NCBI GenBank assembly: GCA_018398765.1
Contig: JAHBMJ010000457.1
Coordinates: 1 to 47,476, forward strand
Direction of reading: 5' to 3'
From: Chromera velia
Lineage: Eukaryota
Length of the DNA: 47,476 nt
Within the stretch, counting starts at the first letter, position 1. Every line of letters begins with the position of its first letter. This document shows, in pieces, positions 27,277-38,190 of the stretch. The notes below the pieces were generated by a model, which was not told the DNA's origin, ran no database searches, and saw nothing but the letters and a program-made list of their open reading frames with translations. Both the position numbers and the translations under genes were made by a program.

Positions 27277-28188
27277 TAAGTGTTCATGTATAAATATTTA
27301 TATATATGTGTGTATTAGTGTGTGATAGTGTATATGGGTGTAAGTGTTGTGTTGGTGTGTATGTGGACGTAATCACTGCCCCATGCTGCCCGTAGTCCCC
27401 CCTAGTCTGTTTTCAGTCAAACGTGGCTCTCGAACCTGGCTGCGTGATACTGAATGACTGTTACCCTTATGTGGTGTGACCCGTTTTGGGTTGCGCGCTG
27501 GCTCTGACCATCAACAGATACCGCACCATGTATGTATATATCCATTGACATACAAACATCATCGCACGCGCACCTCACTACACCCGCGTATACCTGCATA
27601 GCAGGGGTGGATGGGAAAAGAGCGCCCGGAGGAGGCTTTTTAGCCGCCGGCTCTTGGGGGTAGGGGTTGATCGAAGCTGGTCAACCGCTTTCAGTTGGTC
27701 TCCTCTATACAGGGCGGCGCCTGACAATCAAGATGCAGATTATCAATGCCGCTGGAGCGTTTTGATAGCGTTTAGGCCTGTTTTTCCTATTGATGCAAGT
27801 CTGCATGCTTATGCGGGTTTTTTGTCCAGGACTTCACTAGATGACGCCACAAAACAGACCAACACTAACCATGCATACTATAGTGGGGGGGCTGGCCATG
27901 TTTGGTATACTCGGCGCACAGGCGCACCCCGACTAAACTGTAAACTATAAACCTTATTTTGGCGGTGCGTGCACGCGCGCGGCTCACTTTCTTACCTTCT
28001 CTGTGCCCCAGCAAGACACTGTAGAACAGTGCAGAAGCAACCCTTCTTTAATTAGGTCCAGAGAAGTCCTGTTACAGTCGAAGCTTTCTTCAACAAAAAC
28101 TGTTGCTTGCACACCGTCTACGCGCCAGCCTAGGCCAGGCGCCAGCAGCTTCACAAAAATCTCAACTTCAACGTTCTTTCAGACAATC

Positions 28189-29378
28189 ATATACTACACA
28201 ACCCCCATAGCCACTATGCTTGCTGCCGGTCAGACTCCACTGCCTTGAAAAGCCTCGTAGGCCCGGCTCTCTGCTTAGCGCAAAGAACATACTCCCATAA
28301 AAGATTGCATGTCTTCTTATTTCTGCTTGCAGGGCATGCCTACCCGTCCACGTACGATGGTGGATATGCAGGTTCGTAGACTTATATCGCAGTCATTTGA
28401 AGCTGCTTTACCCTCTGAGTCCTATTTGTGCACAGTGCGCTCCAATGGAAGACCTCTGTCTTTTTGCTTCTGCCTGCAGGGTATGCCTACCCTTCCCCCT
28501 ACGATGGCGGATATGCAGGTTGGTGGCAGGAGTTTCCGTAAGGGGAGTCAAAAGTGCCTAACCTTCTGCTTCTATTGTACGTCTGCACCCTCTTTGCTTC
28601 CCTCCCTCCCTCCATCTGTGCAGGCTCAGTGGTGTCCCCTGTGGCCTCTGTCACCGTGCAGCAACCAGCTGTGGCCACTCCTTACACCTACCCGACGTGT
28701 CAGTCATTGGCACACTAATTCTAGCAACTTTTTACAAAGCACTGAGTGCAGCCGAAATGTTGTTTGGCTGTATTTGGCCTGGTCTCTCCATTTAACATCA
28801 AGCGGCTAGCACTTTTGCTATCTTTTGCTTCAGTTCTCCTCTCTCCTGCCTTCTGCGAGCTCCTGTATTGCCTCAGATTTCCCCTGTTTGCTGGCGAGTG
28901 CTTGTTGTAGTGTCTCTGCAACAGCCGATTCTGCAGAACCAGTCGTCAGTTGTTTGGTCATGGAATCAGTCAGCCCCACAGTGTCTTAAAAGCACATCCG
29001 CTTCCTGTGAAAGGCATTGTCGCCAACCTAACAAAGCAAATTGATTTCTTTATCAATCCATTTACTTCTAATTTGTGCACCTTCCCGCGCGTCTGCATAG
29101 TGTACAGTCTTCTCTTTCTATGGTCTCTAAATACATACGCGCTCTGTCAGTGGTAGTGCCTTCATGCAGTGTGAAGAAACAGCTCCGTTTCCCTTTCGGC
29201 TCCACGTCTTTACAGCCTAAATGCCCATGACTGGCATAGGTATGGGCATGAGTGGTGGCAACCCCATGCAGACCACCATGCTCCAGCACCAGCTCCAGCA
29301 GAAGGAGATGCTCGTCCAGCAGTTGCAGTTCCCAGCTGGAGATGCAGAGAATGAACACCACCATGATAAACGGTAACA
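28189..29378 (+). pseudogene. Truncated pseudogene copy (exons 1-5) of the low-complexity gene at 31810
   Basis: Start ATG>ATA (28189), second ATG>ATA (28207), CAA>TAA stop (29218-29220) and a +1 T frameshift (~29330). Exons 6-7 are not visible, and the following 753-N gap appears too short to hold them. Confidence 0.85.
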
Positions 29379-29466
29379 GTCAGTCAGGCTGCCTAGCCTT
29401 CCTCCCACTAAACCTTCTTTCTCCTCTTCATCCCCATTTCTCTTTCCGCAGATGCCCCCCCCCCCC

Positions 29467-30219
29467 NNNNNNNNNNNNNNNNNNNNNNNNNNNNNNNNNN
29501 NNNNNNNNNNNNNNNNNNNNNNNNNNNNNNNNNNNNNNNNNNNNNNNNNNNNNNNNNNNNNNNNNNNNNNNNNNNNNNNNNNNNNNNNNNNNNNNNNNNN
29601 NNNNNNNNNNNNNNNNNNNNNNNNNNNNNNNNNNNNNNNNNNNNNNNNNNNNNNNNNNNNNNNNNNNNNNNNNNNNNNNNNNNNNNNNNNNNNNNNNNNN
29701 NNNNNNNNNNNNNNNNNNNNNNNNNNNNNNNNNNNNNNNNNNNNNNNNNNNNNNNNNNNNNNNNNNNNNNNNNNNNNNNNNNNNNNNNNNNNNNNNNNNN
29801 NNNNNNNNNNNNNNNNNNNNNNNNNNNNNNNNNNNNNNNNNNNNNNNNNNNNNNNNNNNNNNNNNNNNNNNNNNNNNNNNNNNNNNNNNNNNNNNNNNNN
29901 NNNNNNNNNNNNNNNNNNNNNNNNNNNNNNNNNNNNNNNNNNNNNNNNNNNNNNNNNNNNNNNNNNNNNNNNNNNNNNNNNNNNNNNNNNNNNNNNNNNN
30001 NNNNNNNNNNNNNNNNNNNNNNNNNNNNNNNNNNNNNNNNNNNNNNNNNNNNNNNNNNNNNNNNNNNNNNNNNNNNNNNNNNNNNNNNNNNNNNNNNNNN
30101 NNNNNNNNNNNNNNNNNNNNNNNNNNNNNNNNNNNNNNNNNNNNNNNNNNNNNNNNNNNNNNNNNNNNNNNNNNNNNNNNNNNNNNNNNNNNNNNNNNNN
30201 NNNNNNNNNNNNNNNNNNN
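29467..30219. other. Assembly gap
   Basis: Run of N. Confidence 1.
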
Positions 30220-30236
30220 CCCCCCCTCTCTTTCTG

Positions 30237-30294
<58 letters not shown>

Positions 30295-30844
30295 TGTGTG
30301 TATATGTGTATAAGTGTTCATGTGGAAGTGTTTGTATATATGTGTATATTAGTATATGATAGTGTATATGGGTGTAAGTGTTGTGTTGGTGTGTATGTTG
30401 ATGATTGAGGTTTTTGTTATGCATGCCGCGTCCCCGTGTATGAGGCACGGATCTAGCCTAGTCTGTCAAAAGGTTCCGGTTTGTCCCGTCTGTTTTGAAT
30501 CTAGGAACACTGCTCATTGATCACTTTTACTGCGGCTTATTTCTCAAGCGGCGGTAGAGTAGAACTTGGAGAACAATGAAAAGACGGGAGAGGCAGGGCA
30601 AAAACTTTCTAAAAGTTTGTCCCCTTCGCAAAGGCTACCCTTTGACAGCAGAGAACAACTTCAAAGAGACCCTCCCCATTAATTTGCCCCTCATTTTCTC
30701 AACCTTCTTTTCTTCTTTTCCTTTCATGCGCTTGCCCTCCCTTTTTTTTCCCTTCTTGTTTGTATACAAAGAATCAATTACAAAAGGATCGTTTAGTTTG
30801 CGCCCTCCAAGTCGAAAGACCCGGAGAACGCTGCGACCTCCCTC

Positions 30845-30894
<50 letters not shown>

Positions 30895-31809
30895 TGTGTG
30901 TGTGTGTGTGTAAGTGTTCATGTGTAAATATTTGTATATATGTGTGTATTAGTGTGTGATAGTGTATATGGGTGTAAGTGTTGTGTTGGTGTGTATGTGG
31001 ACGTAATCACTGCCCTACGCTGCCCGTAGTCCCCCCTAGTCTGTTTTTGGTTAAACCTGGCTCTCTAACCTGGCTGCGTAATACTGGGTGACTGTTACCT
31101 TTGTGTGGTGTGACCCGTTCTAGGTTATGCGCTGGCTCTGACCATCAACAAACACCGCACCATGTATGTATATATCTATTGATACACAAACATCATCGCA
31201 CGCGCACCTCACTACACCCGCGTGTGCCTGTGTAGAAGGGGTAGGTGGGAAAAGAACGCCCGGAGGAGGCTTTTTAGCCGCCGGCTCTTGGGGGTCCCCG
31301 GGGGTTGATCGAAGCTGGTCAACCGCTTTCAGTTGGTCTCCTCTATACAGGGCGGCGCCTGATAATTGAGATGCAGATTATCAATGCCGCTGGAGCGTTT
31401 TGATGGCGTTTAGGTCTGTTTTTCCTATTAATGCAAATCTGCATGCTTGTGTGGGTTTTTTGTCCAGGACTTCACTAGATAACGCCACAAAACAGACCAA
31501 CACTAACCATGCATACTATAGTGGGGGGGCTGGCCATGTTTGGTATACTCGGCGTACAGGCGCACCCCAACCAAACTATAAACTATAAACCTTATTTTGG
31601 CGGCGCGTGCATGCGCGCGGCTCACTTTCTTACCTTCTCTGTGCCCCGGCAAGACACTGTGGAACAGTGCAGAAGCAACCCTTCTTTCATTGGGTCCAGA
31701 GAGGTCCTGTTACAGTCGAAGCTTTCTTCAACAAAAACTGTTGCTTGCACACCGTCTACGCGCCAGCAGCTTCGCAAAGATCTCAACTTCAACGTTCTTT
31801 CAGACAATC

Positions 31810-33361
31810 ATGTACTACACAACCCCCATGGCCACTATACCTGCTGCCGGTCAGACTCCACTGCCTTGAAAAGCCTCGTGGGCCCGGCTCTCTGCTTAGC
31901 GCAAAGAGCACACTCCCATGAAAGATTGCATGTCTTCTTATTTCTGCTTGCAGGGTATGCCTACCCGTCCACGTACGATGGTGGATATGCAGGTTTGTAG
32001 ACTTATATCGCAGTCATTCGAAGCTGCTTTACCCTCTGAGTCCTGTTTGCGCACAGTGCGCTCCAATGGAAGACCTCTGTCTTTTTGCTTCTGCCTGCAG
32101 GGTATGCCTACCCTTCCCCCTACGACGGTGGATATGCAGGTTGGTGGCAGGAGTTTCCGCAAGGGGAGTCAAAAGTGCCTAACCTTCTGCTTCTGCTGTG
32201 CGTCTACACCCTCTTTGCTTCCCTCCCTCCCTCCATCTGTGCAGGCTCAGTGGTGTCCCCTGTGGCCCCTGTCACCGTGCAGCAACCAGCTGTGGCCACT
32301 CCTTACGCCTACCCGACGCGTCAGTCATTGGCACACTAATTCTAGCAACTCCTTACAAAGCACTGAGTGCAGCCGAAATGTTGTTTGGCTGTATTTGGCC
32401 TGGTCTCTCCATTTAACATCGAGCGGCTAGCACTTTCGCTTCAGTTCTCCTCTCTCCTGCCTTCTGCGAGCTCCTGTATTGCCTCAGATTTCCCCTGTTT
32501 GCTGGCGAGTGCTTGTTGTTGTGTCCCTGCAACAGCCGATTCTGCAGAGCCAGTCGTCAGTCGTTTGGTCATGGAATCAATCAGCCCCACAGTGTCTTAA
32601 AAGCAGATCCACTTCCTGCGAAAGGCATTTTCGCCAACCTAACAAAGCAAATTGATTTCTTTATCAATCCATTTACTTCTGATTTGTGCACCTTCCCGCG
32701 CGTCTGCATAGTGTACAGTCTTCTCTTTCTATGGTCTCTACATGCACACGCGCTCTGTCAGTGGTAGTGCTTTCATGCAGTGTGAAGAAGCAGCTCCGTT
32801 TCCCTCTCGGCTCCACGTCTTTGCAGCCCAAATGCCCATGACTGGCATGGGCATGGGCATGAGTGGTGGCAACCCCATGCAGACCACCATGCTCCAGCAC
32901 CAGCTCCAGCAGAAGGAGGTGCTCGTCCAGCAGCTGCAGTCCCAGCTGGAGATGCAGAGAATGAGCACCGCCATGATGACTGGCAACAGTCAGTCAGGCC
33001 GCCTAGCCTTCCTTCCACCAAACCTTCTTTCTCCTCTTCATCCCCATTTCTCTTTCCGCAGACGCCCCCCCNNNNNNNNNNNNNNNNNNNNNNNNNNNNN
33101 NNNNNNNNNNNNNNNNNNNNNNNNNNNNNNNNNNNNNNNNNNNNNNNNNNNNNNNNNNNNNNNNNNNNNNNNNNNNNNNNNNNNNNNNNNNNNNNNNNNN
33201 NNNNNNNNNNNNNNNNNNNNNNNNNNNNNNNNNNNNNNNNNNNNNNNNNNNNNNNNNNNNNNNNNNNNNNNNNNNNNNNNNNNNNNNNNNNNNNNNNNNN
33301 NNNNNNNNNNNNNNNNNNNNNNNNNNNNNNNNNNNNNNNNNNTGTGTGTGTGTGTGTGTGT

Positions 33362-33399
<38 letters not shown>

Positions 33400-33825
33400 T
33401 GCATCGACCCCTAGCAGTCTGCTTCTCATGCATGCACTCTCTGTATCCGTCGTCCATTCACTCTTCCATTCCCTTCTGCAGACTCTCCCTCTCCCTCCCA
33501 TTCCCATTCCAGCGTGGCGTTCTGTACCCACCCTCTTTTCCCCTCTCATCTCTCTCTTCTCTGCAGTGGCCAACCGCGGTATGGGTATGGGCATGGGTGG
33601 CATGGGGTACAGGAACATGCCCCAGAAGAAGTGCTGCGTGGGCGGCGGCTACGACCCCATGTACGGTGGCTACAATCAGCAGACCGGCATGGGCATGGGC
33701 ATGAACTCGTATGACAACATGGGCATGAACGGGAACATGGGCTTGAACAACTACAACGGAGGCATGATGAATGGAGGCAACAGTTAGTCGACACGATGCA
33801 CACAATTGCATTCTCTCTCTGTCTC

Positions 33826-33882
<57 letters not shown>

Positions 33883-34378
33883 CTCCGTCTCTCTGTTGCG
33901 TCTTTGTCGTCTGTGTGCGTGCGGGTTGAAGTGTGCGCGGCTCTTTGTTTGTCAAGTCTCTCTGTCCATCCCTCAAGACATCTCACTCAGTCTTTTTCCT
34001 TCAATGTGTTTTTTCTCCAGCTTGCGCTGTAACTTCGTGAGAGTTCTTCATCGCCCCCGCTGCCAGGCCAAAAGTCACTCTCAGTCCCCTCTACACACAA
34101 TCCATGCATGCATCCTCTCTCCCCTCCCTCCCGCTTCCTCTCTGATCTCTCTCTCTCTCTTCTCTGCAGTGGGCAACCAAGGCATGGGGTACAGGAACAT
34201 GCCCCAGAAGAGGTGCTGCGTCGGCGGCGGTTACGACTCGATGTACGGTGGCCAGTACAACCAGCAGGCCGGCACATACGATGGCACCATGGACGGCGGG
34301 AACATGACGATAAACGACGGGGGCATGACTAACGTGAACACTAACACCGGATACAAGAGGGGTCTCGGCGCGTCCTGA
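31810..34378 (+). CDS. Uncharacterised G/M/Y/N/Q-rich low-complexity protein with central Q-rich helix, ~259 aa, 7 exons
   Basis: Exons 31810-31849, 31954-31992, 32101-32139, 32245-32319, 32827-32988, 33567-33782, 34170-34378 (780 nt). All acceptors are TGCAG, all donors are GTNNG, and all introns are phase 1. Product: MYYTTPMATIPAA-GYAYPSTYDGGYA-GYAYPSPYDGGYA-GSVVSP...QHQLQQKEVLVQQLQSQLEMQR...GMGYRNMPQKKCCVGGGYD...GMGYRNMPQKRCCVGGGYD...GLGAS. An extra micro-exon near 32536 or within the N gap cannot be excluded. Confidence 0.8.
33072..33342. other. Assembly gap
   Basis: Run of N inside intron 5 of the low-complexity gene. Confidence 1.
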
Positions 34379-35384
34379 ACTGAATGCCTCAGTCTGCGCT
34401 TGCGCTCTTTCGTTCAAGAAGAGCGTGTGAGAGAGGGGTGGTTTCATGCTGCATGTCAAAGTAGTTGCATGGTGTAATGTGCGTCCGCAGAAGGCCTAGA
34501 GATTAGACGAACTCAGAAGCCCTTGGAGTTTATGCACATGCATTCAGTGACTCCTTCTCTGAAAAGGCTGCCTGAGTTGTCTTTTCTCCTCCTTTGCATG
34601 ACTCGGACAGCTTCTGGTCCTTGCACGCACTTTCATGCTTGCATGCGAAGAAGGGGGTCAAACACATTCAAAAACGATACATGCATGCAACCCAATTGAG
34701 TTGGCATAGAAAAGAAATGCCCCCCCGCTCCTCTTTAACTTCGAAGACTGCAAGACGCTGTGTGATCGATTGGAAGACGAGCTTTTCCTTGAAAACAGAG
34801 AGGAGGCAGCCCGAGAACGGTTGCCTCACGCTTCGCTAAATTTTTGTGAGTGTCTTCTTCTGACTTGTTGTTTTTTGCCTTTATGAACCGTGTTTTGTTC
34901 GTCATCTTATCACTGCGCTTAGGTGCGCACTCAGGCTGTCATACACTACTAAGGTCACACAGCTAGCTAGACTCACACCATGTGAGTAACACAGTGGGTT
35001 ATTCATTGTTCTTTAGATTATTCTACAAACATTTGCTCTAAGTTCCACTATGCCAGTGACAAGAAGTATTGAAACTAGTATTGAAACTTAAATGAACCAA
35101 ATTTATCCAAATTTAAGATGTTTCAAGTTTCAACCTAAAACTTAGCCTAAAACTTGTTAATTAAAAGTTAGGCAAAAACCTAGGCTAAAACGCTACCTTA
35201 GCTTATAGTTAAAACGCAGGTGGGCACATTGACTTAAAGTTTGTTCCTAGCATCTGGCCTATACGTCTTTCATCTCTTCCTTCTGTCCTGGTTACTGTTC
35301 TCGCTACTAGCTCTCTCTCTCATGCGACCTCATACTTGACGCTCCTCCATTTGAATGCCTTTTTCGGTATTTGCTAAGTACTTC

Positions 35385-35665
35385 CTACCCTTCAGTCATG
35401 ACCAGTGCACTGCCTACTCCTCCTTCCTCCCAGCCCTCCCTCTGCACTCCTCTGGTCCCCCGAATGTACGCGCTTGCCGCTTTCAGGTGGGTAATCTGCA
35501 GTCGGGCTCGGATTCGGCCGCATGTCTTGCTCACATGTTGCCCCCATTTCTCACTCAATCGCTCTGCCACCCTCTTCAAGAACATCTTTGCCCCCTCCTC
35601 CATCGTCCCGTCGACCGCACTCACGAGTGGAGTGAAGTCGCACCCTCTGTCCACGCTTGCTTGCC
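35385..35665 (-). mobile_element. 3' fragment of a CRE-like (restriction-like endonuclease) non-LTR retrotransposon
   Basis: The translation [63 protein letters not shown] matches the remembered C-terminal pattern FTPLV-DG-M--EA--F-KRLA--L--KW------GW-RARL-------CLRG-R of CRE-clade RLE elements. No upstream RT is present, so the copy is 5'-truncated. Confidence 0.7.
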
Positions 35666-36334
35666 CATGTTTCCTCTTCTTTTCTTCTGCTGTTGCTTTG
35701 AGGGCTTGAGTCCAGGTCATCTTCTCCCTCGAGGCGGCGTAAATTTTAAAAAAACAAAACTATACAAAAAAATAAGGACCATGCATACAAGTTTAAATTC
35801 AAGTTTCACTATTTTCGATAATACAAAGTTTATAAGCCTAATAATATATTGCTAGATATGTTGTAATACGTACATGATCAATTAAATTGCTGACTATAAA
35901 ATCCCATAAAATTTCCTAAAATTTAATTGATATAGCTAAAATCCTATGCAGAAAAAATTTTGTAAAATCTTAGCCGCATGCAAATTCCTACACAAATTCC
36001 AAGTCTAGTTTGACACGGTGGCATAGAAGTTATATGATAATTAAAACAATGATCAACGGCATAAAATTCTGTACAATCCAACCGTATAGTGTTCTACCTC
36101 CTGGCGCCGTCCCGCCGCCACCGTTCGGTCCTTCTCGCATGTACGCCGCCTTTGCTTCGATCGCCCGCCGCCGCGTTCTGTCTGTCTGGCCCCGGAAAGC
36201 TTGTTTTTGCATTTATGTGGGGACTGGTCAGATTTAATCTGCCCGCAGCCGTCTTGCTGAAATTGTTTGTTCCATTCGTTCGGTCGTAAGTCTAGTCGTG
36301 AGCCTGTCCTCTCTTGAATGAATGCATCACTAGT

Positions 36335-37544
36335 TAGTGACCATGTTTGATTTGATTATATTTGATTTGATTTGATTTGATTTAATTTGAGTTTCAACCT
36401 CAAATATTTGATATTTGAGGTAAGATTTGAGGTTAACCTCTTAGGGTTCCTCACTGAGTCACTGACTTACTGTCACTCTGATCATTTTTCTCATAACAAT
36501 AGTTATTAGAACATTTCTGATATGTGTTTCAAATATTAAAAAAAATATATATAAAATTATAACTTATCAGTTCCGTAAAAAAAATATGCCTGTGTGGCAG
36601 TGTATATACACTAGTCACTGAGACTCACTCTAGTACTAATAGAGATTAAGAACGTAAAATTGATAGATTTAAAATTGCATATGACTTTTTGTTGATACGA
36701 TAAAGTTACAGCACGTACCAAAATTGAGGTGACAATCACTCAGCTTTATGGCACTTCCTTTTCCTCTTCTTCATGATCACTTTCTTCAATGTGAATCGAA
36801 TCGATCGGTGGTGGGAGCTGCTGAGAGCTTTTTCTCTGGCTTTTCGGCTTTCCAGGAGTGGGTGCTCCTGGGCTTCTCTTCGGTTGCGAAGAGATGACAA
36901 CGGGGTGAGACGGAGAACCGCGCACACGTTTGCTATTGCTGTTGGTGTTGGAACCGTCCTGTTTCTGGGCAGCTAAGCATCTAGAGTTGGTAAGTTCAAA
37001 TTGGTCCTCCCGCCGGGCCCTGCAGGAGCGGTCCCCCCTCTAGCACTGTCAGCAGCCCCCCCGTTGCATACCCAGCTCTAAAAACAAATACCTCCTTCTT
37101 CCCGTTCGACCCTGTCGGATTGTGTGACATGTCTTTACGGGGTGTAAAATGTTTGCAGACACTCAAAAAGGGGGCCGTAAAAGATGTTCCAGCACCAGAA
37201 AAGTTAATACAGCTATTCGGGAAAACGTTCAGCTGATCGGTTTACCTCTGCATGAAGTAAAAGGGAGTGAAACGTCAATTTCAGTGCAGCTCAAAACATT
37301 TTTTTTTTGAGAGCAAACCATCAAGATTTAGGTTTTTTCATTTGAATCAGCATGCGTGACGGATCGGTACTTGCAAAAGTTTTTTCGGGACCTTCATATT
37401 TGAGGTTGAAAGTCATATTGATCAAATATTTGATCGTATTTGATAGGCCTTTAAACACTAGGTCCTCCCTGACTGGATATTTGATATAAGCTTAAGCCTT
37501 ACCTCAAATCAAATCAAATCAAATCAAATCAAACATGGTCACTA
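36335..37544. mobile_element. Non-autonomous hAT-like DNA transposon (1210 bp)
   Basis: Terminal inverted repeats: TAGTGACCATGTTTGATTTGATT (36335) and AATCAAATCAAACATGGTCACTA (ends 37544), continuing into (TTTGA)n/(TCAAA)n subterminal arrays. The 8-bp flanks TCACTAGT and TCGCTAGC match 6/8, consistent with a mutated 8-bp TSD. No intact transposase. Confidence 0.8.
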
Positions 37545-38190
37545 TCGCTAGCTAGCAAAACTCCTAACTGTAAGCCTCTCGACTCTACGAATGGCTAAGG
37601 ATCTTCCCATATCCAATCCTTTAGCTGACAGAGGAATTCAGATTGAGCTAAAGTCTGTAGAGTTTGTAGATCCATCTCTATGTCTAGGCCGCGTCTCTGG
37701 CCTAGCTCTCTATCTGTTCTGCCGCTACCTCCAAAGCAGCAGGGAGTTGTTACAACCGCAAATCTTACGAAATCCTAGCTACTTGCTACCATCTGCAGGG
37801 TATTACCAATATAATTTAATTGATAATTACCGATGATAAACTTATTAAACAGAGCATTAAAGATCAATACTGGGTAAAAACTTAATCTAACTCACTATCA
37901 TAGGATTCTCTGAAAGGCTCCTAGCTCGATCTTTAAAAGGATTAAGGCAGATCGACTGAAGAATTCTAGGATTTTAAGAGTTTCATATAGCTAAAGTTGT
38001 ATGAACTTTCACTTTGAAAGTGAATAATATACTAGAATCTGCTTTAGTCTGCATGATCGAAACAACTGCACGACACAAGAATTTTTTATATTGAAACCAA
38101 AAAAGTTTAACCGATTTGTTTACACTCAGTGTACGCTAGTAGTAGAGTGTACGCATAAACAGGTTACGTTATCGTCATGCTAGCTAGCCG

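Larger units (their letters stand above)
27277..33071 (+). repeat. Tandem segmental duplication of ~2.2 kb (copy A 27277-29466, copy B 30911-33071)
   Basis: Colinear and roughly 93-96% identical by eye. A third ~90-bp copy of the left end lies at ~30311-30398. Both right ends abut N gaps. Confidence 0.92.

Noticed and set aside
25220..27325. Long Cys/Val- or His/Thr-rich ORFs
   Set aside because: These are translations of stop-free GT microsatellite. The same applies to the SL/RE and SQSV ORFs at 17890-18407 and 20610-21638.
29252..30448. 300+ aa ORFs spanning the gap
   Set aside because: They consist mostly of X from N runs.
36335..37544. CACTA (EnSpm) element
   Set aside because: The orientation is reversed (starts TAGTG, ends CACTA) and the flanks fit an 8-bp TSD rather than a 2-3-bp TSD.
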